From Octopus vulgaris (Eukaryota), in the NCBI GenBank assembly GCA_951406725.2, contig OX597829.1, forward strand, positions 51,212,001-51,276,000: 64,000 nt of DNA. The letters run 5' to 3'. This document shows positions 26,820-39,689 of the stretch, piece by piece; positions within the stretch are counted from its first letter, which is position 1, and the number at the start of each line of letters is the position of its first letter. The translations under genes and the position numbers were made by a program. The notes beneath the pieces are model-generated. The model made no database searches, was not told the DNA's origin, and saw only the letters and a program-made list of their open reading frames with translations.

Positions 26820-27110
26820 TATCATGGCTGATGCCAGCGCCGCCTCGACTGGCTTCCGTGCCGGTGGCACGTAAAATGCACCAATCCGACTGTGGCCGTT
26901 GCCAGCCTCACCTGGCACCTGTGCAGGTGGCATGTAAAAAGCACCCTCTACACTCCCAGAATGGTTGGTGTTAGGAAGGGCATCCAGCTGTAGAAACATT
27001 GCCAGATCAGACTGGAGCCTTGTGCAGCCTTCTGGCTTCCCAGATCCCCAGTCGAACCATCCAACCCATGCTAGCATGGAGAACGGACGTTAAACGATGA
27101 TGATGATGAT
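26820..27110 (+). mobile_element. RTE 3' UTR copy
   Basis: GTGCCGGTGGCACGTAAAA units, GGAAGGGCATCCAGCTGTAG motif and a (GAT)n tail. Confidence 0.8.
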
Positions 27111-27247
27111 TATGTATGTATGTATGTATATATGTGTGTATATATGTATGTATGTATATATATGTGTGTATATATGTGATGTGTGTAGGAGATCAAAAGT
27201 GTACATACGCTACTATATGTATATATAAAAAGACAAAACAAAACAAA

Positions 27248-27486
27248 AATGTGGAACAAGAACATAACAGGCAACAACAAAACATCCGGACAGGAAAAAA
27301 CAAGGACGGATCATTCAGAATCGGGGCCGGCCAGATTGGAGCAGTCTCAAGTGTAACCAGCCGAAACTGCAGGGATTATCTGGAATTCGACTGATGATAG
27401 AAGGCTCTGAATGACCCGTCCATTATTTTTTTCCTAACCTTCTTTGTCTTGTCTAACTGTCCGGATGTTACGTTCTTGTTCCATTT
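27248..27486. mobile_element. Inverted-repeat element with hammerhead core motifs in its loop, copy 1
   Basis: Arm segments GGAACAAGAAC, AACATCCGGACAG and GACGGATCATTCAGA pair with TCTGAATGACCCGTC, CTGTCCGGATGTT and GTTCTTGTTCC. Homologous to 42862-43259. Confidence 0.65.
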
Positions 27487-27543
27487 CTTAGTTTTGTACC
27501 CATGCTAGCATGGAAAACAGACGCTAAACGATGATGATGATGA

Positions 27544-27592
<49 letters not shown>

Positions 27593-28129
27593 CATGGCCA
27601 TGTTGATAAACTTGCTTTACAACCACACGGTTGTGGAACACCTTGAGCAAGTACATTTTATTATGGCTTCAGGATTTGTGGAAATACACTGACAAAGCCT
27701 TGTCAGTGTATTTGAAAGGCAATAATTGTGTGGAAGCCTGTCCAAAAGCACCAACCGATCATGGCCATTTGCCAGCCTGCGCTGGCTCCTGTGCCGGTGG
27801 CATGTAAAAAACACCCACTACACTCATGGAGTGGTTGGCGTTAGGAAGGGCATCTAGCTATAGAAACAATGCCAAATCAGACTGGGCCTGATGCAGCCTC
27901 CATGGCTTACCAGACCCCGGTCGAACCGTCCAACTCATGCTAGCATGGAAAACGGACGTTAAATGATGATGATGATGATATTTACTGACGCACACACACG
28001 CACACACAGTCATACTGACCATTTTCTCTTTATTCCTACATCCGGTCACTTACTTCAAAACTGTAATCACACATGATTGTTAGTGATTTTTTTTTTTTCC
28101 TCCTTCATCTTGTACATCCCTGTTTCTTG

Positions 28130-28163
28130 TTTCCAAAGAAGAGCTATGCTTGAAATGTTAAAA
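28130..28163 (+). ncRNA. Decayed minimal hammerhead motif
   Basis: TTT-CCAAAGA-AGAGC(TAT)GCTT-GAAATGTT-AAAA. The differences from an inferred CCGAAGA...GCTCGAAACGTT all fall at CpG sites. Confidence 0.5.
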
Positions 28164-28285
28164 CTTCTACTCTTTTCCTTCTCTGTGCATCTTATTAATA
28201 CATTGCTTGTACCGTTTCCAAATGTGTATTGGTTTTTTTCTTTTTCTGCGTCTGTTTGAATTGTTTATATATATATGAGTGTGTG

Positions 28286-28457
28286 TAGGAGTAGCTGTGT
28301 GGTAAGAAGCTTGCTTCCCAACCACATGGTTCCAGGTTCAATCCCTCTGTGTGGCACCATGGGCGAGTGTCTTCTACTATAGCCTTGGGCCGACCAAAGC
28401 CTTGTGAGTGAATTTGGTTCACAGAAACTGAAAAGAAGTCCATTGTGTATGTATATG

Positions 28458-28495
<38 letters not shown>

Positions 28496-28767
28496 CATAC
28501 ACACATACAGATATATATATATATATATATTTATATATTTGTGTGTGTATGTATATATATGTGTGTCTCTGTTTGTTCCCTCACCATCGCTTGACAACCG
28601 ATGTTGGTGTGTTTACATTCCCGTAACTTAGCAGTTCGGCAAAAGAAACCAGTAGAATAAGTACTGGACTTACAAAGAATAAGTCCTGTGGTCGATTTGT
28701 TCAACTAAAGGCAGTGCTCCAGCATGGCCACAGTCAAATGACTGAAATGAGTAAAGGAAGAAAAGAA
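28286..28767 (+). mobile_element. tRNA-derived SINE family A
   Basis: Head, B box, expanded internal (TA)n and 3' tail as in other copies. Confidence 0.85.
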
Positions 28768-28777
28768 TATATATATG

Positions 28778-29073
28778 TGCCGGTGGCACATAAAAAGCAC
28801 CATCCGATCTTGGCCATTTCGAGCCTCGTCTGGCCTCCGTGCCGGTGGCATGTAAAAAGCACCATCCGTCCGTGGCCGTTTGCCAGCCTCGTCTGGTACG
28901 TAAAAAGCACCCACTACACTCATGGAGTGGTTGGCGTTAGGAAGGGCATCCAGCTGTAGAAACATTGCCAGATCAGACTGGGCCTGGTGCAGCCTTCTGG
29001 CTTCCCAGACCCCAGTTGTACCATCCAACCCATGCCAGCATGGAAAGCGGACGCTAAACGATGATGATGATGA
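28778..29073 (+). mobile_element. RTE 3' UTR copy
   Basis: Three tandem units followed by the RTE tail and (GAT)n. Confidence 0.8.
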
Positions 29074-29412
29074 TATATAGTAATAACAATAATCCTTATT
29101 TTAATGCATTTGCTACACGTGTTCCCACAAATCACATGCCTCTTAAGATCATGGTCAGTATTCCTGGGTTGTTTACAGCATAGTCCATCGTATCCGTGGG
29201 TATCAGGTAGATCATCTTTGAGTCATTTCTTCAGGTGATATAGCATTAATGGATGTTTAACTGAGGGTTGTTTATCACAGAATGAACCCCAAAATGTGGT
29301 TTACCAGTCAGCTTCATTAGGCCGTAGCTGGCGTAATGGGATAGGAGCTTTATTTTTTCTTGGTGTATTCAAAACGTTTCCCATTAACAAATTTAAAAGA
29401 CATATATATATA

Positions 29413-29823
29413 GGCGCAAGAGTGGCTGTGTGGTAAGTAGCTTGCTAACCAGCCACATGGTTCCGGGTTCAGTCCCACTGTGTGGCATCTTGGGCAAGTG
29501 TCTTCTGCTATAGCCCCGGGCCGACCAATGCCTTGTGAGTGGATTTGGTAGACGGAAACTGAAAGAAGCCTGTTGTATATATGTATATCTATATATATAT
29601 GTGTGTGTGTTTGTGTTTGTTCCCCTAGCATTGCTTGACAACCGATGCTGGTGTGTTTACGTCCCCGTCAGTTAGCGGTTCGGCAAAAAGAGACCAATAG
29701 AATAAGTACTGGGCTTATAAAAAGAATAAGTCCCGGGGTCGAGTTGCTCGACTAAAGGCGGTGCTCCAGCATGGCCGCAGTCAAATGACTGAAACAAGTA
29801 AAAGAGAAAAGAGTAAAAGAGTA
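29413..29823 (+). mobile_element. tRNA-derived SINE family A
   Basis: Full-length match to 19933-20327. Confidence 0.9.
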
Positions 29824-29946
29824 TATACACACACACATTTAAAATTAAATAATCAAGGTAAAATATTGATATTAATTAGATTAATATCAATTTAAACCTG
29901 TGGCCTAGCATATTGAAAAAAATCTGACGATTCAGAAAATTATATT

Positions 29947-30112
29947 ACATATAAGAGGAATGACCACTAGGTGGACTCCGAATATGCTAAATGTAGACCC
30001 CATATGGTCTGATTACTAAGAAAAATTAAGAACAATTTTTCTTAGTAGTCAGACTATTGGGTCTACATTTAGCATATTAGGAGTTCACCTAGTGGTCATT
30101 CCTTTTATATGT
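29947..30112. repeat. Long foldback hairpin (~80-bp arms, 6-nt loop)
   Basis: 29947-30027 is the near-perfect reverse complement of 30034-30112, with loop AAGAAC. Confidence 0.9.
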
Positions 30113-30136
30113 GTGTGTATGTATACGTATACATAT

Positions 30137-30480
30137 GGATGGAAGCACTCCGTCGGTTACGACGATGAGGGTTCCGGTTGATCCGAATCAACGGAACAGC
30201 TTGCTCGTGAAATTAACGTGTAAGTGGCTGAGCTGAGCACTCCACAGAGAGTGACAAGGCCGGCCCTTTGAAATACAGGTACAACAGAAACAGGAAGTAA
30301 GAGTGAGAGAAAGTTGTGGTGAAAGAGTACAGCAGGGATCACTACCATCCCCTGCCGGAGCCTCGTGGAGCTTTGGGTGTTTTCACTCAATAAACACTCA
30401 CAACGCCCAGTCTGGGAATCGAAACCGCGATCCTATGACCGCGAGTCCGCTGCCCTAACCACTGGGCCATTGCACCTCCT
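30137..30480 (-). mobile_element. tRNA-derived SINE family D
   Basis: Minus-strand head GGAGGTGCAATGGCCCAGTGGTTAGGG (A box) and GGTTTCGATTCCC (B box). Related copies at ~19150-19420 and ~10840-11080. Confidence 0.85.
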
Positions 30481-30816
30481 TAGATATATATATATATAAT
30501 TAGAAGTAACAGGAGCATTATTAATACCAAACGATAATCATTATGTCCAACATAAAGTGGATGTGTTATCTACTTTGGGAGGGTCTCTTATATGGATGCA
30601 TAGTGCATAAAAGCACACATATCATTGGCAGACTAGAATCATCTGGTATGGGCACCAGATCTTCCAGATCACATGATTTTCACCTGCCTTGTATCCTCAG
30701 TGGCAGACATCTGGCAGCAGTGTAACAGCTAAATTTCACTGCCAATGATATTTAGAATTTCAGTGTCTTTTTCAGTCACTGATGTCACAGGAGGATCATT
30801 AAAAAATAATTATTTA

Positions 30817-31199
30817 TGCCGGTGGCACGTAAAAAGCACCATCCGATCGTGGCCATTGCCAGCCTCGCCTGGCCCCCGTGCTGGTGGTGCGTAAAAAGCA
30901 CCATCTGTTCGTGGCCGTTGCCAGCCTCGCCTGGCCCTCGTGCCGGTGGCACGTAAAAAGCACCATCCGTTCGTGGCCATTTGCCAGCTCTGTCTGGCAC
31001 CTGTGCGGGTGGCACATAAAAAGCACCCACTACACTCACAGAGTGGTTGGTGTTAGGAAGGGCATCCAGCTGTAGAAACACTGCCAGATCAGACTGGGCC
31101 TGGTGTAGCCTTCTGACTTCCCAGACCCCAGTTGAACCGTCCAACCCATGCCAGCAAGGAAAGCAGACGCTAAACGATGATGATGATGATAATGATGAT
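30817..31199 (+). mobile_element. RTE 3' UTR copy with 4 tandem units
   Basis: Same units and (GAT)n tail as other copies. Confidence 0.8.
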
Positions 31200-32634
31200 A
31201 GAAGCAATATTAATAATGAAAGGCAATCTTTATGTCCAACTTAACTTGAATGTTTTGTTAGATCACTGCTTCTGGTACAATTTATTATTTATTAAACTTT
31301 TTCTTGCAAACTTACCAGCCTACTCAATCTATCCAAGTCTCTGTACCACTTATGTATCTCTTCCGTATAACTCGACGGTGCACTCCCAACATATCTTCGC
31401 TCTCTTCTCCCCCTCTTCCACCTGAAGTCGGCATCTATCTCCTCAGCTGCAAGGGCACCCGCTATGGTCCTTCTATCGTACTCTAACTCCTCGTCACTTT
31501 CATAATACTGCCCTATCCCCACACACATTCCTTAGTCTTGCAAGTTATTTGCTGACCTTTGCCTCGTGCCTGGTACCACATGAAAAAAAGCACCCAGTAC
31601 ACTCTGCAAAATGGTTAGCATTAGGAAGGGCATCCATCTGTAAAAACCACACCAAAACAAACAGTAGAACTTGGCACAGTCTTCTTGCTTGCCAGCTTTT
31701 GTCTAACCATCCAACCCACGCCAACATGGAAATGATATGTTAAATGGTGACGGTGATGATGATGATGGTGTTTGTGACATCAAATCTTAAGCAAGTTTGT
31801 TTTTTGTTTTTTTTTTTTGTTTGTTCCCCCTTTTCCGGTTTTCTGTGTGTGTTTTTTTTTTTTTTTTCTTTTTTCTACATTTTACTTTACAGTGCTTCAC
31901 TTCATCTTGGCTAGGGGCAGAATGTAGGTGAAAATATCAGACTCTCCATGGAAATGTCAATAAAGCTGATCACTTGCTGATACAAACTCGTTATATACAT
32001 ACTCGTGAAAAGGTCAATTAAGCTGATTAATTACCAATACTTACTTCTGGTCATGAAAGGTCAAGTTCATATACTTTATTGACTTCTATTTCTGCATGAA
32101 TGTGTGTGTGTGTGTGTGTGTGTGAAATGGTTTGATCACGGGATAACACATTGTGTCCATGGTCCTTGTAGACTCTCCAAGAGCCATAAAACAATGGTCT
32201 ATGTTTCCCTTGATCAAGCATAAAGAGTTGATGGCTACCGGAAAACCATGAGCATGGAAGGAGTTCCAAAGATATGATATTCCAGAGAGTTAAGGATTAA
32301 TTAGGTACAGTGCTAAGTGTGGCAGGCTGCGGATGGTAGAAGGGTGGAAATAAGGATACCATAAAGAGAAGAAGAGGTGGATCTGAGTTGAAACTCAGTT
32401 CCAGGTCATCCAGCTTTGTGTAAGGAGAAGGGGCCGTTGAAGTAACAATAGAAGAGGCAAAGCAAGAGGCCAGATTGCATGTAGGGCCACAGATTGATAC
32501 ATATGAGTGGTGGTGGTGGGGGCTGACTTCATGAAAATCAGCTAAATAGCATTGTTGTTGTTGTTGCTGTTTTTTTTATTATGTAGTCTATAATGTCTGT
32601 ATAATTAATAGCAGAAATATACTCTCTCTCTCTC

Positions 32635-33000
32635 TCTTTTACTCTTTTACTTGTTTCAGTCATTTGACTGCGGCCATGCTGGAGCACCGCCTTTTTTAGT
32701 CGAGCAAATCGACCCCAGGACTTATTCTTTGTAAGCCTAGTACTTATTCTATCGTTCTCTTTTGCCGAACCACTAAGTAACGGGGACGTAAACACACCAG
32801 CATTGGTTGTCAAGCGATGTTTTTTTTTTGGGGGGGGGCAAAGACAGACACACAAACACACACACATATATACATATATATATATATACAACGGGCTTCT
32901 TTCAGTTTCTGTCTACCAAATCCACTCACAAGGCTTTAGTCGGCCCGAGGTTACAGTAGAAGACACTTGCCCAAGGTGCCACACAGCCACTCCTGCGCCT
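32635..33000 (-). mobile_element. tRNA-derived SINE family A with an internal deletion in the head
   Basis: Reverse complement of family A. Confidence 0.85.
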
Positions 33001-33004
33001 ATAT

Positions 33005-33370
33005 CTATCCATCTTCTCCACACCCGTCTACTATTCCTGAGAGGGTCTTGGGGGTAGAGTCCTCAGGCACCTCCTCTACAGGGTCCTATCAAAATACTTC
33101 ACGATTGAGTTCCCAAGTGTGGCTAACAGAGACCATGGATGTTATCCACCCATCTTGTCTTTGGTCTGCTGCAAGGTTTCTTGCTGGTTTGGCTTAAAGA
33201 ATTTATCTTGTGAGTCTCTCAAGTGACATTCTAATCACATATCTGTCATACTGGAGTTGTGGCCTCTCAATGTGGAGAAGTCACCTTGAGAGACTTGCTT
33301 GATCTCTAAGTAATGTTACTCCGTAGATCCTGCAGTAGAATTCCATTTCAGCCACTTGTATTCACGACCA
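33005..33370 (-). mobile_element. Old decayed RTE-clade LINE C-terminal fragment
   Basis: Minus-strand remnants IQVAEMEF...LLHIERPQLQY..YVIRM...RPKTRWVDNI, typical of RTE C-termini. Confidence 0.55.
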
Positions 33371-33660
33371 TAGCATAGCTCAGTTAGTAGGACATCAGAC
33401 ATTTAATCCAAGGGTTGTAGGTTCACACACCACTGTGGGCAAAACAAGTATTTTTAATTGTGGTGCACCAGCATGGCCGGCCACAACTCTCAAGCTGAAA
33501 GGACAGGTATGCAAATTGAATTGATGTTAGCAGAAAGATGACAGGTAAAAACAACTCTGATTAAAACAGGGTGATTATTAAACCAATGTCTAATAAAGTT
33601 TTCTCTCCTATTAAACTACCATAAACCCCTTTTATAAATACATACCTTTTTTTTTTCACC

Positions 33661-33829
33661 AGCGTGGGTGGTAAGAAGCTTGCTTCCCAACCACGATTCT
33701 AGGTTCAGTCTCACTGTTCAGCACCTTGGGCAAGTGTCTTCTACTATAGTCTCAGGCCAACCGAGTCCTTTTCAGTGGATTTGGTGGATGGAAATTTATA
33801 GAAGCCCATCATGTATGTGTATGTATGTA

Positions 33830-33868
<39 letters not shown>

Positions 33869-33963
33869 GTGCGTGTGTGTGTGTATGTATATATGTGTGT
33901 GTGTGTATATATGTATGTATATATTCATGTGTGTGTGTATATATATGTATGTATATGTAAATA

Positions 33964-33995
<32 letters not shown>

Positions 33996-34670
33996 ATTAT
34001 GGATATATGTATGTATGCCATCATCATCATATATATGTATATATATGTATATATCAGGTGTCTTTGTGTTTGTCCCTCCACCCATGCCTATTACAGTTTG
34101 ACAACCAGTGTTGGTATGTTTACGTCCCGTAACTTAGCAGTTTGACAAAAGAGACCAATAGAATAAGTAATAGGCTTAAAAGAATAAGTCGATTTGTTCA
34201 ACTAAGAACTGTTCAAGGCGATGCTCCAGCATAGCCACAGTCAAATGACCGAAACAAGTAAAACAATTAGAAAAAAATGTGGAGTGGCTGTGTGGTAAGT
34301 AGCTTGCTTACCAGCCACATGGTTCCGGGTTCAGTCCCACTGCATTGCACCTTGGGCAAGTGTCTTCTACTATAGCCTCGGGCCGACCAAAGCCTTGTGA
34401 GTGGATTTGGTAGACAGAAACTGAAAGAAGCCCGTCGTATATATGTATATATATATATATGCGTGTGTGTGTTTGTCCCCCTAGCATTGCTTGACAACCG
34501 ATGCTGGTGTGTTTATGTCTCCGTAACTTAGTGGTTCGGCAAAAGAGACCGATAGAATAAGTACTGGGCTTACAAAGAATAAGTCCCGGGGTCGAGTTGC
34601 TCGACTAAAGGCGGTGCTCCATCATGGCCGCAGTCAAATGACTGAAACAAGTAAAAGAGAGAGTAAGAGT
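33661..34670 (+). mobile_element. Two tandem family A SINEs
   Basis: Copies at ~33661-34265 (large internal microsatellite) and ~34281-34670. Confidence 0.85.
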
Positions 34671-35273
34671 AGCATCTTTTGTTTTAATTTTCATTGTTCC
34701 TCCCGTCATCCGTTATTAGAGAAAAAAAAATACAATAAATGAATCATTTCTAATTATTTTCATCAAACATCAATATAGTTTATGCGTACGGTTTATATTC
34801 TGTTCTACTCTAGGCACAAGGCCTGGAATTTGGCAGTGGGGGAGGAGGGCAGTCGTTTAGATCGACCCCCGAAAGGATGAAAGACAAAGTTGACCTCAGC
34901 AGAATCTGAACTCATAACGTTAAAGAATTTATGGTCTGAGTTCATATTCTGCTGAGGTCGACTTTGCCTTTCATTCTTTCAGGGGCCGATAAATAAAGTA
35001 CCAGTTGTGTACTGGGTTTATTTATATTTGTCAGACTGTTGTCTTCATCTTGGTTGTTGCTTCTTTCGCTTCTAGTCTGCTCTTGTTATCAGAATTTCAA
35101 ACCAAACCCATTGTTTTGACCTACAGGGATTCATTGTTCTCATTCCGCTCTCTCTCTCTCTCTCTCTGTTTAATGACATTGAACTATTATGTGAATTACT
35201 TTGTGCCTTGGCAGGGATTGAACTCAGAACCTGTAGATGACTGCACTGCATTAATCAATATCTTTACTATGTT

Positions 35274-35542
35274 GACTGGCTTCCGTGCCGGTGGCACGTA
35301 AAATGCACCAATCCGACCGTGGCCGTTGCCAGCTTCGCCTGGCACCTGTGCAGGTGGCACGTAAAAAGCACCCACTACACTCACGGAGTGGTTGGCGTTA
35401 GGAAGGGCATCCAGCTGTAGAAATACTGCCAGATCAGACTGGAGCCTGGTGCAGCCTTCTGGCTTCCCAAACCCCAGTCGAACTGTCCAACCCATGCTAG
35501 CATGGAGAACGGACGTTAAACGATGATGATGATGATGATGAT
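35274..35542 (+). mobile_element. RTE 3' UTR copy
   Basis: Near-identical to 26845-27110. Confidence 0.8.
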
Positions 35543-37490
35543 AATGTTATGCTCAGAGCCAGCAGTTTGCAGGGTTGGAGGAGGTGCAGTCGATTAAATC
35601 AACCTTCTTGCTCAACTGGTTCTCATTTTATTGACCTTGAAATGATAATGATATTGATGACGATGGTAAGGATGAAGATGACGATGATAATGACAATGAT
35701 GGTGGTGATGATGATGATGGCAATGATAACGATGACAGTAAACAAGGACAATAATTTAACTGACAGTTCTTAGATAAAATTAGAAAGGAATGTTTTAATT
35801 TCAATATAAACACTTTAACCATTTACCAAATTTCTAGTGAAATATACATTCAATGTGAAACACGTGGCCTAGGTGGTCCAGTGGTCAGGATGATTCAGCT
35901 TGTGACGATAAGACCGTGGGTTCAATTCCTGACCCAGGTTAGAGCACAAGGTAGTCTCTGAACCCTTTCAAACTTCTCAACCCATGCTGGCATGGAACAT
36001 GGAAGCTAAATAAAAACATTGCATTACACAAAAGTCACAGAGTAAACCTTCTGGTATCCATCTGCATGATGTGGGTCTTCATTGAGTTTTTATACCCTTA
36101 TCCTAACCTGATAGTGTCAGGTGCCACAAAGAAGGCCACCATTTTGCAGAAAAGTAATTTCCTTGTGTATTTGCCATTAATTTTCCCTCTTCTGTCTACA
36201 TCCAATACATCTGAGTAAATTAATTAACCATGCTGTATTCACATTGATTAGGAATCGAGTAAGAAAGAATATTTGGTGAATCCAAATTAAATTATACTGA
36301 ATGCTTAATTAGCATCTATAGCTAGCTTTCTCTGTTATCTTTTACCTTTTTTCAGTCAAGCTGGGGCCATGCTGGAGTACTTACCTTGAAGGGTGTAATC
36401 AAACAAATTGATTCCAGTACCTTTCGTCTTTTTTTTTTCATTTAGCCAGGCACTTATTCTATCAGTCCCTTTTGCCAAACCACTAAGTTATGGAGGGTGT
36501 AAACAAACCAACTCTGATCATCAAGCATGTGGTGGGAGACAAATACACACATGCACACACAACAGGCTTCTTTCAGTTTCCTTCTACAAAATTCTCTCAT
36601 GTGGCTTTGATTGACCCAGGCTTGTAGTAATAGAAGACACTTGCCCAATGTATCACAGTGGAACCTTGATATACAGCTGTGTCTGCCACTTTAGCCTATT
36701 ATTCACTATTTTGCATTTATTCTTAAATGCTTTCATTTAGCAGGAACATACTTTTATTCTTTTGATCGGGGGACCACCTACTTTTGACAAAGAGATTTCC
36801 ATTTTCTATATGGAAGCACCGAAACATATTATAGTCAATAATGTTATCTTAATGTCTTTAATTTTTTTTATACGAACCCATCTTCAGTTCTATGGTACAA
36901 ACTTCCTGTTGAAAACTGATCTGAATTCAAATCAGCCATCAAAATCTTGTGTTAAATTATTTTGCAAAGATAACCTTGATAATGACACAGTTAATTTACT
37001 AAAGTTTTCATTAATTTCAAAATTAATCAAACCAAAAGTAGATTTTTTTTTTTTTTTTCAAGAAAATATAGTAACAAAAGGATAAATGGTTCAGTGGAAT
37101 GAACCAGAAACCATATCATTACAAAATGATGTTCTTAAAGATGCAACCATGACAACAGCTATATTAAGCTATATATATATATTTCATCTTAATTTAGTAA
37201 TATGTATCGGCGAAGTTGAGCAATATAAACCTCGTTTAGTTAGTTTTTATTTTTTTTTTTTTGTGGAGGTGAGAAAATCTCTTTAAAGTTGACTAAAAAC
37301 AAAAAGTTAATTTCAATGTTCTTTTAAAAATTAAGAAAATCCATTACATACCATAACTTTCCCATTTTTGACATTTCTGAATTAGATGCATTAAACATAC
37401 AATGCTGCAGGGGAAAAAAATCCAATGGAATAATTTAGAAAAGAAAAAAAAATGAGTTTGCAAATTTCTAAGATTAAACAATTCATAATC

Positions 37491-37491
<1 letters not shown>

Positions 37492-37522
<31 letters not shown>

Positions 37523-37790
37523 GTTTAGCGTCCGCTTTCCATGCTAGCATGGGTTGGACGGTTCAACTGGGGTCTGGGAAGCCAGAAGGCTGTACCAAGC
37601 TCCAGTCTGATCTGGCAGTGTTTCTACAGCTGGATGCTCTTCCTAACGCCAACCACTCCGTGAGTGTAGTGGGTGCTTTTTACGTGCCACCCACACAGGT
37701 GCCAGACGAGGCTGGCAAACGGCCACGATCGGATGGTGCTTTTTATGTGCCACCGGCACTGGGGCCAGGCGAGGCTGGCAACGGCCACGA
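37492..37790 (-). mobile_element. RTE 3' UTR copy
   Basis: (CAT)n on the + strand followed by the RTE tail and tandem units. Confidence 0.8.
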
Positions 37791-38983
37791 ATCTCCAGTG
37801 TTTAAAATAGAACTAAAAAAGAAGATTCTTAATAAGTTTTGTATCACAATCTGTATAAGGCACATGGCTCAGTGGTTAGGGTATCGGACTCACAATCATG
37901 AGGTAGTGAGTTTGATTCCCAGACTGGACTGTGTGTTGTGTTTTTCATATTGCTCCAGTTCACTCAGCTGTAGAAATGAGTTGTGACATCAGTGGTACCA
38001 TGCCGTATCAGTCTTTACTTTTCCTTTGGATAACATCGGTGGTGTGGAGAAGAGAGGGCTGGTATGCATGGGTGACTGCTGGTCTTCCATAAACAACTTG
38101 CTGGTGACATGTAAAATGTACCATTCAAGCATGGACATTGCCAGTGCTGCCGGACTGGTTTCTGTGCTGGTGGCACATAAAAAGCACCATTCAAGCATGG
38201 TCGATGCCATTACTGCCTGACTGGCCCTCGTGCCAGTGGCATGTAAAAAGAACCCATTACACTCTCAGAGTGGTTGGCATTAGGAAGGGCATCCAACTGT
38301 AGAAACTCTGCCAGATCAAGATTGGGAGCCTGGTGCAGCCATCTGGTTCGCCAGTCCTCAGTCAAACCATCCAACCCATGCCAGCATGGAAAGCGGACGT
38401 TAAATGACGACAATGATGATGATGGTGTGTGTGTGGCTGGATTTTCAAGACTGGAATGGCATTGTGCTATTTCCTTTCACAGTTAGTATAAAAATGAACA
38501 CTTATATCTTTTGCAAATGATAGACTCATTATGTTCAAAATAAGAAATTTACTCCTAATTACAACGATGATCATGTTATTTAGCTGCTTGCTGTATTTCC
38601 CTGGCAACACCAAGTATTCTAGTACCTATTCAAAAATTAAACATAATTTTCTATCAGGAGAATTAAGAAATTCAAGAGACTGTGAAATAATAATAATTTC
38701 ATGTTATTTCAGGTGAAAATAGTAATTTCTTCTTTTTTTTTTCTAAGAGGTTGAACTTTAAATAGACAAAACTTTAAATAATGGCAAGTAAATATTAAGT
38801 GAAAAAAAAAATCCTTTTAATTTAAAAAGTTGAAGGTTGCCTGTAGCATAAACAATATATGTGTATGTATGTTTATATATATATAAAGTTAATCCAAACA
38901 AGAAAACAAAAAAGACAACAACGCGAGGAGGTGGAACAATTAAAGTGTTATTAGGTGCTCAGGAAAAAAGGGAAGAAGGAGGG

Positions 38984-39017
38984 TATGACGTTTCGAGCGG
39001 AGCTCTTCGTCGAAAAC
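38984..39017 (-). ncRNA. Minimal hammerhead-like motif with a variant core
   Basis: Minus strand GUUU-UCGACGA-AGAGC(UCC)GCUC-GAAAC-GUC-AUA. It lies in an element ending at (TA)n near 38880 and is homologous to 26668 and 28130. Confidence 0.55.
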
Positions 39018-39299
39018 ATAGGAGAAGGAAAGATCCCGAGGTGGGAAGACAGAGGGAAAAAAAGTGCAAGTGGTCTTCACAAGGTCATTATATTAAATTA
39101 GAGATAAAACCACTACTAGGCAAATCAAACAGTGAAAATCATAAGCCAATACATAGAAATAAAATTAATTAAAAAATATATAAAAAAAATATAAAATATA
39201 AAAATCCAATTAAAATATTTAAATTAAAGTTAAAATTTTTAAAAATCATTTAAATTAATAATTTAAACTTATAAATTATAAATATATATATACTTTTAT

Positions 39300-39346
<47 letters not shown>

Positions 39347-39689
39347 GTTTAAATATTTGTTGTGCAAGATTTTTTTATGTGAAGTCGTGGCTAAACTGGC
39401 AATATGACCATTCCGAAATATAACAAAATATATATATATATATTATCGCTTAATATCCGCCTTCTATGCAGGCATGGGTGCAACAGTTTGACAGGAGCCA
39501 GCCAGGCCGAAATGTGCACTAGACTTCTGCAACTGTTTTGGCGGATTGTTTTACAGCTGGATGCCCTTCCTAATACCAATCACTCAGCAAAGTGGACTTA
39601 GTGCTTTTTATGTGGCACCTGCACTGACAGGGTCACCAAGTACTTGCAAGATAATGTATATATAAAATATATATATATATATATATATT

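Noticed and set aside
29926-29950. CTGACGA-TTCA-GAAA hammerhead-like motif
   Set aside because: No stem II, and no convincing stem I or III. Other isolated CTGANGA hits (4233, 7272, 12163, 20664) also lack the structure.
31893-32012. Strong pyrimidine tract plus CAG acceptor inside the long intron
   Set aside because: All three frames hit stops within about 40 nt and there is no convincing donor, so a coding exon is not supported.
33668-34145. Cys/Val/Tyr/His-rich ORFs here and at 7433-7900, 22635-23037 and 28195-28631
   Set aside because: Translations of (TA)n/(TG)n microsatellites inside SINEs.
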